A DNA stretch of 64,000 nt from an uncultured Myxococcales bacterium (GTDB taxonomy: Bacteria; Myxococcota_A; UBA9042; CAIXZC01): assembly GCA_903895725.1 (NCBI GenBank), contig CAITUV010000063.1, forward strand, positions 51,902 through 115,901. The letters are read 5' to 3'. How positions within the stretch are numbered: position 1 is the stretch's first letter; each line of letters opens with the position of its first letter. This document shows, in pieces, positions 1-9,152 of this stretch. The position numbers and the translations under genes were made by a program. The notes under the pieces are model-generated. The model was not told the DNA's origin. It did not search any database and saw only the letters and a list, made by a program, of their open reading frames with translations.

Positions 1-18
1 GAAAATCGGGAGAGTAGC

Positions 19-1866
19 CTACGGGGCCACGGCCCGCGTGGGGATGGAGCGCGGCTCGCAGACCGGCGGTCGCCCCGGTGCGATCCTGGCTTCCCCGTCG
101 CACGTGGCCTCGAACACCGCTTCGATGAACGCATCGAGCTGCTTTCCGAGAGTGGCGGTCTCGTGAACCAGGATCACCGTGGGGCGGCGGGCTTCGACGA
201 GCCGGTACGCAAGTCGCTGGAGCTCCGCTGCCGAGGTCCCCGGCTCCCAGTTGGGCTGGTCGATGTGCCAGTGGACGTGATCGTGCAGCCCGGCCAGCTC
301 GAGCCCCTGGCGCACGTTGGGGCGGCTTCGCCCCATGCCGCCAGGAAGCCTGGCCCATCGACGCTCCCACTGCAGCCCGACGGAGGCGGACACGATCTCC
401 TCGAACAGGTCCACGTCATCCCGAATCTGCTCGGGCGTGAAGAACTGCAGGTGCCAGTTGTACGTCGTGTCGTGGCTGACCGAATGGTAGCCCAGGCGAT
501 GTCCGGACAGCAGAACCCGGCGCATCAGCGCAGTCCCCTCTTCCGGGTGCGCCACGGCCAGCCTGGCCATGTTGCCGCCGATGAAGAAGAAGGTCGCCCG
601 TACCCCCCACCGGTCCAGCGCATCGAGAATGGCACGAAGCCGGAACATCGTCGGCTGCGGCCCGTCGTCGATGGTGATGTCGATCCAGTCGGGCCACCAG
701 GTCGGTTGCTTCGGGGTGAACTCGTACCGGTCGAATCCCTGCATGGGGGACCAGTCCCTCGACTGGCGGGCCAGATCTTTCAGGTCCGGCCTGCGAAGGA
801 TCCGCCGGGGCACGGAATGGAGCCCGTAGCCCTCGGCCGAGCTCAGCTTCTTCCGGCAGACCGCCGGGATCCCGGGGGAACCCGACTCCGCCTGATCCAG
901 CACTCCAAGGCTTGATTCCGGATCTCCGTCCAGGAACACCGGTGGCAGCCACGACGAGAACCGGGTCTTGTCCGACACCAGGGCCTGATTCCAGTCGGCC
1001 TCCCGCAGCAGCCGGGCAGCCCGTTCGTCACCCCCGTCCCCGCGCCGCAGGCAGGGCAATCCAGCGGACAGGATGGCTCGAGCCAGCCGTCGGCGCTTCT
1101 CCGGGGTTCCCGCCTCGTCCATCGCAGTCATCCCTGCGGCCAGGGCCGCATCACAGTCGGTCTCGGACAGCCGGGCCATTCCCCACATCGCCAGCACACG
1201 CACCGCAAGCAGCTTCTCATCCTGGGCCAGATCGGTCGGCGAGAGCACCTCGGTCAGCGTCGCCCGCAGCTCGTCGCTCGTGCTCTTCCCCGCAGCCGAG
1301 GCCAGCCAGGCCGCCGCGGCCACCCGGGCCTCGCCCGACGGGGACGCCCGGTGCACGAGCTGGAGCAACGTGCGCAGGAACGGGTGGTGCGTCAGCGATA
1401 CCACGCCCGCCAGCAGCCCGGCCACGCACGCACCGTGGCAGCGCGGGCGCATGAGCCCCACCAGCAGGGTCGAGTATGAGAAGTTGTCCCGCCACTGGCC
1501 CAGCACGTAGGCCGCCACAGCCACCGACGCACCGTCGCTCCCCTGGCGGACCACCTCCCGGAACAGCTCCACCGAGTCCACGTCTTCCAGCACCGCCAGG
1601 GCCAGCAGGGCCGGCAGGGCCCCCCGGTCGAACCGGCCCGCAGCCGCCCGAAGCTCTTGAACCCCCCCGCTCCAGTCCATCAGGCCTGCCAGAGCGGCCA
1701 GCTCCGCCTGTGTCTCCGGGTCGGCCGAATCGAAGCCAGCGTACAACCCCCTCAGGACGCTTCCATCACATCGGGCCGGCTCCCGTCCGTCCATCACGCG
1801 CACCGGTCCCGGCGGCATGAAAACGGACATCTGGAACAGCAGAAGCAGGGCCCACATGGACAGCAC
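19..1866 (-). CDS. Exported protein with N-terminal alpha-helical (HEAT-like) region and C-terminal polysaccharide deacetylase (CE4/NodB) domain
   Basis: Hydrophobic N-terminus; CE4 motifs TIDDGP, ATFFFIG, HSVSH, RLPGG, LVHE in the last ~230 aa. Confidence 0.85.
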   Translation of the reverse strand: MLSMWALLLLFQMSVFMPPGPVRVMDGREPARCDGSVLRGLYAGFDSADPETQAELAALAGLMDWSGGVQELRAAAGRFDRGALPALLALAVLEDVDSVELFREVVRQGSDGASVAVAAYVLGQWRDNFSYSTLLVGLMRPRCHGACVAGLLAGVVSLTHHPFLRTLLQLVHRASPSGEARVAAAAWLASAAGKSTSDELRATLTEVLSPTDLAQDEKLLAVRVLAMWGMARLSETDCDAALAAGMTAMDEAGTPEKRRRLARAILSAGLPCLRRGDGGDERAARLLREADWNQALVSDKTRFSSWLPPVFLDGDPESSLGVLDQAESGSPGIPAVCRKKLSSAEGYGLHSVPRRILRRPDLKDLARQSRDWSPMQGFDRYEFTPKQPTWWPDWIDITIDDGPQPTMFRLRAILDALDRWGVRATFFFIGGNMARLAVAHPEEGTALMRRVLLSGHRLGYHSVSHDTTYNWHLQFFTPEQIRDDVDLFEEIVSASVGLQWERRWARLPGGMGRSRPNVRQGLELAGLHDHVHWHIDQPNWEPGTSAAELQRLAYRLVEARRPTVILVHETATLGKQLDAFIEAVFEATCDGEARIAPGRPPVCEPRSIPTRAVAP

Positions 1867-1942
1867 TCCCCGGGGATTCCCCCCCCATCGACAAGCTGCG
1901 ATCCGTAGCCCCCGCCGTCAACGGCTGTCAAGCGGATTCCTG

Positions 1943-1970
1943 TTGCATCCGCAGTCTGTTGGCCTATACT
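1943..1970 (+). promoter_or_regulatory. Putative sigma70 promoter of cmk-era-der
   Basis: TTGCAT-N16-TATACT, 38 nt upstream of the cmk ATG, which has a GGGGAGG RBS. Confidence 0.5.
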
Positions 1971-2008
1971 CCCGCCGTTTCGTGGCGACGCCTTGGGGAG
2001 GTTTGCTC

Positions 2009-2698
2009 ATGGAGACCGCTTCTGACCGCATTGTCGTGGCACTCGACGGCCCCGCCGGAGTCGGCAAGAGCACCGTTGCCATGGCGATCGCTCGGGAGCT
2101 CTCCCTCACCTACGTCGAGACCGGTGCCATCTACCGCGCCGTGGCCTACAAAGCCCGCAACGAAGGGATTCCGCTCGACGACCTGACCGGCGTGGCCGGA
2201 ATCGCCAGGACCATCGACATCACCTTCCGGGTCGAAGGGGACCTCAACCGAGTGTTCTTGGACGGCCAGGACGTGACCTTCGCCCTTCGCAGTCAGGATG
2301 TCAGCCCCCTGGCCTCCAAGGTCTCCGCCCAGGCCGGCGTGCGTGCCGCGTTGCTCGACGTGCAGCGCTCACTGGCCCGCTCCGGACGCGGTGCCGTTGC
2401 CGAAGGGCGGGACATCGGTACCGTGGTCTTTCCCGACGCCCCCTTCAAGTTCTTCCTGACCGCGGATGTGCGCACTCGAGCGCTGCGCCGATTCCACCAG
2501 CTCGAGGAGATGGGACGCCGACCGGTCCTGGCCGAGCTCGAAGACGAGATCGCCGCCCGCGACCGGCAGGATACCGAGCGGGCCGTGGCACCGCTCAAGG
2601 CCGCTCCGGATGCGGTGATCCTCGATACTTCCCGATTGACGGCCGCCCAGGTGATCCAGGCCATTCTCGAGCGGATCCGCACGGCCTGCGCAGGCTAG
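2009..2698 (+). CDS. cmk: Cytidylate kinase
   Basis: LDGPAGVGKST P-loop, ETGAIYRA, EGRDIGTVVFPDA, RDRQD; start moved to ATG 2009 after the RBS. Confidence 0.97.
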   Translation: METASDRIVVALDGPAGVGKSTVAMAIARELSLTYVETGAIYRAVAYKARNEGIPLDDLTGVAGIARTIDITFRVEGDLNRVFLDGQDVTFALRSQDVSPLASKVSAQAGVRAALLDVQRSLARSGRGAVAEGRDIGTVVFPDAPFKFFLTADVRTRALRRFHQLEEMGRRPVLAELEDEIAARDRQDTERAVAPLKAAPDAVILDTSRLTAAQVIQAILERIRTACAG

Positions 2699-2701
2699 GA
2701 G

Positions 2702-3616
2702 GTGCTCATGGGTTTCCGTTCCGGTTTCGTGGCCATCATCGGCCGCCCCAACGTCGGCAAGTCCACTCTGCTCAACCAGCTCCTGGGGACCAAGCTGGCC
2801 ATCGTCACCCCCAAGCCACAGACCACCCGAAACCGCATCTCCGGGATCGTCTCCTGGCCGGACAGCCAGATCGTGTTCCTCGATACCCCCGGCATCCACG
2901 AGGGCAAGGGAACGCTCAATCGCTTCATGGTCGACGAGGCGCTCAACTCCCTGCTCGAAGCCGACCTCGTCTGCCTCATGATCGATGCCGAGTTCGAGGT
3001 GCGGGCCGACGACATCCGCCCCGAAGAGCTTTCCATCATCGACCACATCCGCAATTCCGCCCGTCCTGCGGTCCTTGCCATCAACAAGGTCGACAAGGTC
3101 GAGAAGAACCTCCTGCTCCCCGTCCTCGACCGCTATTCCAAGGCATTCCCGTTCACCGCGCTCGTCCCCATCTGCGCTCTGGCCGGCGACGGGGTCGATT
3201 CGCTCGTTGCCGAGGTCAAGCAGCGCCTCCCGGAAGGGGAGCGCATGTATCCCGAAGGTCAGCTCACCGACCGCAGCCGCGACTTCATCATCTCCGAGTT
3301 CATCCGGGAAAAGGCCTTTCTCCTGACTCACCAGGAGGTCCCGTACTCGGTCGCCGTCGTCGTGGACGCAGTCCAGGAGAGGCCCGGAAAGGACCATGTC
3401 CTCTACGTCGCGGCCACCCTCCACGTCGAGCGGGACAGCCAGAAGGGGATCCTCGTCGGACGGCGGGGCGAGATGATCAAGGAGATCGGCTCCAAGGCCC
3501 GGACCGACCTCGAGGCTTTTCTCAAGCGCCGGATCTTCCTCGAGCTGAGGGTCCGGGTCGAGAAGGACTGGACCCGGTCGGACCGGGGACTTACCCGAGT
3601 AGGCTTCACACCATGA
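2702..3616 (+). CDS. era: GTPase Era
   Basis: GRPNVGKSTL, KPQTTR, DTPG, NKVD, C-terminal KH domain with SQKGILVG. Confidence 0.97.
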   Translation: MLMGFRSGFVAIIGRPNVGKSTLLNQLLGTKLAIVTPKPQTTRNRISGIVSWPDSQIVFLDTPGIHEGKGTLNRFMVDEALNSLLEADLVCLMIDAEFEVRADDIRPEELSIIDHIRNSARPAVLAINKVDKVEKNLLLPVLDRYSKAFPFTALVPICALAGDGVDSLVAEVKQRLPEGERMYPEGQLTDRSRDFIISEFIREKAFLLTHQEVPYSVAVVVDAVQERPGKDHVLYVAATLHVERDSQKGILVGRRGEMIKEIGSKARTDLEAFLKRRIFLELRVRVEKDWTRSDRGLTRVGFTP

Positions 3617-4941
3617 GCCGCATCGTTGCCATCATCGGCCGACCCAACGTCGGCAAGTCCACCCTGTTCAACCGACTCGTCGGCAACCGCAAGTCCATCG
3701 TCGAGGATGTCCCCGGAGTCACCCGGGACCGCATCTACGGCCGCTGTGACCAGGACGGAGAGAGCTTCGACGTCATCGATACCGGCGGGTTCGACCCCAA
3801 GCCCGACGACCCCCTTCTCAAGATCATGAAGGAGCAGGTCCTGCTGGCCCTGGACGACGCGGACGTGATCCTCCTGGTCACCGACGCCCGCAGCGGGTTG
3901 AATCCCGTCGACGTCGAAATCGCCCGGATGCTCCAGCGCCAGAAGCGCCCCTGGCTGCTTGCGGTCAACAAGGTCGATTCCTTTGAAAAGGAGGCAGAGG
4001 CCCACGAGTTCCATGGCCTCGGCGCACCCCAGGCGCACTACGTTTCCGCCCAGCACGGCCGTGGGTTTGCCCCTCTGCTCGATGCCATCGTGGAGGCGCT
4101 GGAAGGCTGCGAGGATGAGCCCCAGCCTCCCCAGGACCTCACCCATATCGCAGTGGTCGGCCGGCCCAACGTCGGCAAGTCCACCCTGATCAACAAGCTC
4201 CTGGGCGAGAACCGCCTGCTCACCAGCGACATGCCCGGGACCACCCGCGATTCCATCGACACCCTCTGCACCCGCCCCGACGGGAGCCGCTGCGTGCTCG
4301 TCGATACCGCAGGGATCCGGCGCAAGCGGGCCATCCGGGATGCCGTCGAGTACTACAGCGTCGTCCGCTCCATCCGAAGCATCGAGCGGGCCCACGTCGT
4401 CCTCCTCCTCCTCGATGCCCGCCTCGGCATGGAGGACCAGGATGCCCGCATCGCCAACCTCGTCCAGGAGCGCGGTAAGGCCCTTGCCATCCTGTTCAAC
4501 AAGTGGGACCTTGTCGAGAAGGAGGCCGATACCGCGGACCTCTTCATCAAGGCCTTCCGCCGCAATTTCGGTACCCTCGACCACGTCCCGCTCCTGTTCA
4601 CGTCCGCCGCATCGGGCAAGGGGGTCGCACGCATCCTTCCGGTCGTGGACGAAATCAAGCAGCAGTGGGAGACCCGCATCTCCACCGGTGAGCTCAACCG
4701 CCTCATCGAGAAGCTCGTCACCCACACCCCGCCTCCCATGTATCGCCGCCGGCTCGGGAAGATCTTCTTCGCCACCCAGGTGGAGGCCGCACCCCCGACC
4801 ATCGTCTTCCAGGTCAACAACCCGGAAGCCTTCAGCGACAACTACCGGCGCTTCCTGCTCAACCGGCTGAGGGACGAGTACAAGTTCACCGGCAGCCCCA
4901 TCCGCCTCGTCTTCCGCAAACGCGGGGCCGAGGAGGAATGA
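3613..4941 (+). CDS. der: Ribosome biogenesis GTPase Der (EngA)
   Basis: Two tandem G domains (GRPNVGKSTL twice, PGVTRD and PGTTRD, DTGG and DTAG); ATGA overlap with era. Confidence 0.97.
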   Translation: MSRIVAIIGRPNVGKSTLFNRLVGNRKSIVEDVPGVTRDRIYGRCDQDGESFDVIDTGGFDPKPDDPLLKIMKEQVLLALDDADVILLVTDARSGLNPVDVEIARMLQRQKRPWLLAVNKVDSFEKEAEAHEFHGLGAPQAHYVSAQHGRGFAPLLDAIVEALEGCEDEPQPPQDLTHIAVVGRPNVGKSTLINKLLGENRLLTSDMPGTTRDSIDTLCTRPDGSRCVLVDTAGIRRKRAIRDAVEYYSVVRSIRSIERAHVVLLLLDARLGMEDQDARIANLVQERGKALAILFNKWDLVEKEADTADLFIKAFRRNFGTLDHVPLLFTSAASGKGVARILPVVDEIKQQWETRISTGELNRLIEKLVTHTPPPMYRRRLGKIFFATQVEAAPPTIVFQVNNPEAFSDNYRRFLLNRLRDEYKFTGSPIRLVFRKRGAEEE

Positions 4942-4946
4942 ACCGC

Positions 4947-4974
4947 TTGCATCCTGACGCTCTCCGCTTATCTT
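4947..4974 (+). promoter_or_regulatory. Putative sigma70 promoter of grpE
   Basis: TTGCAT-N16-TATCTT in the short der-grpE gap. Confidence 0.4.
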
Positions 4975-5000
4975 AGGCACGGCGCCGGAATCGGCCGGCC

Positions 5001-5753
5001 ATGGCTGCGGGGGTATGGCTCGTGCGAGGCGATGAAGAGCTCCACAGGAACGAGGCTGCAGGTGCACCACCATCCGAGGGGACTGCGAGCGGGGGTACCC
5101 CCCACCAAGAGACGGCAGCAGGACTCCCACCCGAGGAACGTCCCGGGGCCCCTTCGAGCGGGCCGGCCACGCCGGGCGAAGAACCCGCTGCCGGTACCGC
5201 CAACGAGACCCCGGCATCAGGCGACGAGGCGGGCAAGGGCTCCCCGAGCCCCGCATTTGTCCTCCAGCTCGAGCAGCACATCGCGTTCCTGAACACGAAG
5301 CTCGAAGAAGCGGAGCGGCTCAAGGAGCAGACCCTGGCAGCGGCCCGCTCACGGGAGCAGGAGCTCGACAGGGTCCGGGAGCGCCTCGAGCGGGACCGGG
5401 AAAAACGCCTGTTCCTCGAGAAGAGCCGCGTGTTCTCCAAGCTGCTCGATCCGCTCGACAACATCGAGCGTTGTCTGGCCGCCGCAACGGTATCCGGAGA
5501 CGTCAAGGCCATGCAGGACGGCTTGGCCCTCGTTCTCAAGGCCTTTCAGGGGGCGTTGTCCTCGGTCGGACTCGAGCGCTTCGACCCCACCGGGCAGCCC
5601 TTCGACCCCCAGTGCCACGAGGCCATCAGCGTGATCCCCGCGCAGGAGTCGGCACAGGCCGAGAAGGTCTTTGCCACCTATCTGGCAGGGTACAAGCTGG
5701 ATGACCAGGTCATCCGCCATGCTCGTGTCGTGGTTGCCCGCAATCAGAACTGA
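5001..5753 (+). CDS. grpE: Nucleotide exchange factor GrpE with long low-complexity N-terminus
   Basis: LLDPLDNIER, GLERFDPTGQPFDPQCHEAI, GYKLDDQVIRHARVVVA. Confidence 0.85.
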   Translation: MAAGVWLVRGDEELHRNEAAGAPPSEGTASGGTPHQETAAGLPPEERPGAPSSGPATPGEEPAAGTANETPASGDEAGKGSPSPAFVLQLEQHIAFLNTKLEEAERLKEQTLAAARSREQELDRVRERLERDREKRLFLEKSRVFSKLLDPLDNIERCLAAATVSGDVKAMQDGLALVLKAFQGALSSVGLERFDPTGQPFDPQCHEAISVIPAQESAQAEKVFATYLAGYKLDDQVIRHARVVVARNQN

Positions 5754-5962
5754 AGATTGTCACGCACCCGCATGACTCTTGTTGCCGCAGGTCCCCGCGG
5801 CAACTCCTCTCGGTCGTAGAGGACTTCCTCACCGTCCAGCAGGGTCTTGTAGCCGTCGCAGATGATGACCGTATGGTGCACGAAGATGTCGGGACCGCCT
5901 TCACCCTCGATGAAGCCATACCCCTTCAGATCGCTAAACCACTTCACCTTGCCCTTCAGCAT
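5744..5962 (-). CDS. Cold-shock domain protein
   Basis: GKVKWF, RNP1 KGYGFI, RNP2 DIFVHH; start moved to ATG 5962. Confidence 0.93.
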   Translation of the reverse strand: MLKGKVKWFSDLKGYGFIEGEGGPDIFVHHTVIICDGYKTLLDGEEVLYDREELPRGPAATRVMRVRDNLQF

Positions 5963-6047
5963 CCTTACCCTATCCGTAGTCGCCAATCCACCACCGCCGC
6001 CAATGGTTCTACCACCCGGGTCAAGGCCGCGTCAAGGACTTTGGCCG

Positions 6048-6076
6048 TTGCATCCCCCGGACTCCGTTGCTATGAT
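6048..6076 (+). promoter_or_regulatory. Putative sigma70 promoter of the usp-helicase unit
   Basis: TTGCAT-N17-TATGAT with extended -10 TG; AGGAG RBS before ATG 6106. Confidence 0.55.
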
Positions 6077-6105
6077 GGCCTCGAGGACCTGAATAGGAGT
6101 CAGCC

Positions 6106-7008
6106 ATGTGGAAGAAGATTCTCGTCGTCACCGACTTCTCTCCCAACTCTCTCAAGGTGATCCCGCCCGCCCTGGCTGTGGCCCGGCGCTTTGGCGGCTC
6201 CATCCATCTGTGCCACGTGGACGAGGAGGAGCAGGCCCTCTCCGCACACAGCTCTGACGAGCTTGTGGAGTTTCTTGAAACCGTCGAAGCACGACGCACC
6301 GCCTGGCTCGAGAATCTTGCCAATCAGGTGCGTGAAGCCGACATCGAGTGCGAGGTCGTCCGGCTCAAGGGCTGGGCTTCCAAGGAGATCCTCCGCTACA
6401 CCGAGGAGGCCGACATCGACCTCCTGGCCATCTCCGCACTCGGCGCCCAGGGCTTCAAGGCCCTGCTCATGGGCTCCACGTCCACCAACGTGCTGCGGAA
6501 CTGCACCCGGCCGATCCTGTTCGTCTCGGCCCACTGCCATCCCGCGGAGGATTTCGACATCGCCAACGTCCTTTACCCCACCGACTTCTCGGAGATCTCC
6601 GTGGCCGGTGCCCGGGATGCGGCCCGGCTGTGCAAGGAGACCGGTGCCAAGCTGGAGCTGTTCCACGTGCTCAAAGTCCCGACCTACATCCCGGCACTGC
6701 CCGGCGAGCCCCCGCTCGTCATGCCGCCACGTCTCCTCCAGTCCATGGATTCCGGCTTCGACGCCATCCAGGAAGACGTGGCCGACCTCCTGCCGGAAGA
6801 CCGCATCGGCTACGAGATCGCCACCAGCCAGGACGAGGCCGATGCCATCTGCAACGGGGCCGTGGCCAAGAAGAGCGATCTCATCCTCATCACACGCCGT
6901 GGCCAGGGAGTCCTCGACGGCCTCCTCTTCGGCCGGGTGGCCGAGAACGTCGCCCGTCTCTCCCCGGTCCCCGTGATCCTGTTCGAACCCGAAACCGAGG
7001 CCGAGTAG
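6106..7008 (+). CDS. Universal stress protein, two tandem Usp domains
   Basis: KILVVTDFS and VLYPTDFS starts; LLMGSTSTNVLR and LLFGRVAENVAR ends. Confidence 0.93.
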   Translation: MWKKILVVTDFSPNSLKVIPPALAVARRFGGSIHLCHVDEEEQALSAHSSDELVEFLETVEARRTAWLENLANQVREADIECEVVRLKGWASKEILRYTEEADIDLLAISALGAQGFKALLMGSTSTNVLRNCTRPILFVSAHCHPAEDFDIANVLYPTDFSEISVAGARDAARLCKETGAKLELFHVLKVPTYIPALPGEPPLVMPPRLLQSMDSGFDAIQEDVADLLPEDRIGYEIATSQDEADAICNGAVAKKSDLILITRRGQGVLDGLLFGRVAENVARLSPVPVILFEPETEAE

Positions 7009-7038
7009 CCCCCCCACCAGCCTTCCAGAGTCCAGCGC

Positions 7039-9054
7039 ATGAGCCAGAACAGCCTGCTTACCGGCCTCAACCCCGAGCAACAGCAAGCCGTCACCGCGGT
7101 CGAGGGCCCCGTCCTCGTGCTCGCCGGTGCCGGCAGCGGCAAGACCCGGGTGATCATCCATCGCATCGCCTATCTCCTCGGAATGGGAGTCCAGCCCGAG
7201 CGCATCCTCGCCGTCACCTTCACCAACAAGGCCGCTCACGAGATGCGTGACCGAGTCCGCTCCTTCCTCCCCTCCGCCCACACCGAGGGGATCCACCTGT
7301 TCACCTTCCACGCCTTCGGTCTCCGCATGCTCCGCTCGGCCAGGAAGGCCTTCGGCCTGTCCCCCTCCGCCTCGGTCATCGACGACTCCGACCGGGATAC
7401 CATGCTGCGCCAGGTCCGGGCCGACATGGCCGTCACGGAAAAGGATCTCGCCCAGGAAGAGGTCGACCTGTTCCTCATGCAGGTCAAGGGGTGCGGGGCC
7501 GACCCCAGGACCGTTGCCGCTCCGCTCGGATTCCGCAAGGCCGCGCTGCTCGAGGAGACGCTCGACCAGTACACCCGACGTCTGCGCCTGGCCGATGCCC
7601 TCGACTTCGACGACCTGATCCTGCTGCCCGTCACGGCCCTCTCCCGGGACGAGGAGCTCCGCCGACGGTTCGCCGGCCAGTTCGACTACATCATGGTCGA
7701 TGAATACCAGGATACCAACCTGCTCCAGTTCCGCCTGCTCGAGCTGCTCGCCCGCGACCACAAGAACCTCTGCGTCGTGGGCGACGACGACCAGTCGATC
7801 TACGGCTGGCGCGGGGCCCGCGTCGAGAACATCCTCGAGTTCGACACCCACTTCCCCGGGGCCCGGATCGTCAAGCTCACCCGCAACTACCGCTCCGAGG
7901 CCAACATCCTCAAGCTCGCCAACGCCGTCATCGCACGCAACCGGCGCCGTCGCCCCAAGGAGCTGTGGACCGATGCACGCAACGAGGTCCCCGCGCTCCG
8001 CATCGTCTTCGATACCCAGCAGGAAGAGGCCCAGCAGATTACCGACCGGGTCAAGGACCTGCTCCACACCGGCAAGACCCGGGCCTCAAAGATCGCGGTC
8101 CTCTACCGCACCAAGGGGCAGTCGAGATCGCTCCAGGAGGCCTTCCGCCTGGCCGCGCTGCCCTACAGGGTGGTCGGCTCCTACGACTTCTTCGAGCGCA
8201 AGGAGGTCCGGGATCTCCTTGCGTACTTCAAGCTGGCCTGCAACCCGAACGACGAGGCCTCGTACCGCCGGGTCATCAACACTCCGGTCCGCGGCATCGG
8301 CCTCGCCACCCTCGAGAAGATCGAGGTGATCCGGCGCAAGGGGATGTCCTGCCTGGCCGCGGCCGAAGCCCTCGCCAGCGATCCGGCAGCGGGGCTTCCG
8401 ACCCGCACCGCCCGCTCGCTCGAGGGGTTCGTCTCCGTCGTGCAGCGGGCCCACCGGGAGGTCGCCACCTGCGAGGGAAAGGACCTGCTGCCTGCGGTCC
8501 AGCGCTACATCGGCGATTCCGGCATGCGGGACGACCTGGTCGTGAAGGGGGGCTCGCCGCTCAAGGCCATGCATGTGCTCACGGGCATGATCGAGCGGGG
8601 CCTCCAGGCCGGGCACTTCTCCTCCCTGGCCGGCTTCCTCGAGCGGGTCACCCTCGACCAGAAGGATGCCGAGTTCTCCCCCGGCGAGTCCAAGGATGAG
8701 CTCGTCACCCTCATGACCGTCCACGCTTCCAAGGGGCTCGAGTTCGATGCCGTCTTCCTCGCCGGCCTCGTGGACGGGCTCTTCCCCCATTTCCGGTCGG
8801 TGCAGGACGAATCCGGCCTGGAGGAGGAGCGGCGGCTGTTCTACGTGGCGCTCACCCGCTCCCGGCGACACCTCCAGCTCTCCTACTTTCGCCAGCGGGA
8901 GGACAAGGGGGAGCTCCGCCCCGCCACCCCCTCCCGATTCCTCTCCGAGCTGCCGCAGGAGCTGCTCCATTCCCGCCCCGGCGGAACCTCCGGGATGGTC
9001 AGCAAGGACGACCTCATTGCACGGTTCCGCAAGCTGGGCCAGCCCCAGGAGTAG
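7039..9054 (+). CDS. UvrD/Rep/PcrA-family 3'-5' DNA helicase (Rep-like length, no C-terminal Tudor-like tail)
   Basis: LAGAGSGKT, TFTNKAA, VDEYQDTN, VGDDDQSIYGWRGA, NYRS, TVHASKGLEF, EERRLFYVALTR. Confidence 0.95.
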   Translation: MSQNSLLTGLNPEQQQAVTAVEGPVLVLAGAGSGKTRVIIHRIAYLLGMGVQPERILAVTFTNKAAHEMRDRVRSFLPSAHTEGIHLFTFHAFGLRMLRSARKAFGLSPSASVIDDSDRDTMLRQVRADMAVTEKDLAQEEVDLFLMQVKGCGADPRTVAAPLGFRKAALLEETLDQYTRRLRLADALDFDDLILLPVTALSRDEELRRRFAGQFDYIMVDEYQDTNLLQFRLLELLARDHKNLCVVGDDDQSIYGWRGARVENILEFDTHFPGARIVKLTRNYRSEANILKLANAVIARNRRRRPKELWTDARNEVPALRIVFDTQQEEAQQITDRVKDLLHTGKTRASKIAVLYRTKGQSRSLQEAFRLAALPYRVVGSYDFFERKEVRDLLAYFKLACNPNDEASYRRVINTPVRGIGLATLEKIEVIRRKGMSCLAAAEALASDPAAGLPTRTARSLEGFVSVVQRAHREVATCEGKDLLPAVQRYIGDSGMRDDLVVKGGSPLKAMHVLTGMIERGLQAGHFSSLAGFLERVTLDQKDAEFSPGESKDELVTLMTVHASKGLEFDAVFLAGLVDGLFPHFRSVQDESGLEEERRLFYVALTRSRRHLQLSYFRQREDKGELRPATPSRFLSELPQELLHSRPGGTSGMVSKDDLIARFRKLGQPQE

Positions 9055-9092
9055 GCTCGTCCCCCTGTCCCCGCCCTTCTCTGCCTTTTTCC

Positions 9093-9122
9093 TTGCCCCC
9101 CTCGCGCGTGCGTTGCTATACT
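9093..9122 (+). promoter_or_regulatory. Putative extended -10 promoter
   Basis: TTGCCC-N18-TATACT with TGn immediately upstream of the -10. Confidence 0.5.
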
Positions 9123-9152
9123 ACTTTGGCGAATTTGGCATTGAGGTTGAAC

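Noticed and set aside
3403-5256. 617-aa antisense ORF, and similar long shadow ORFs (6100-8067, 16160-19093, 20833-23019, 31719-34142, 45230-48187, 55718-58396, 61317-63287)
   Set aside because: They lie antisense to well-supported genes, show no motifs, and are the expected by-product of high GC3 codon bias
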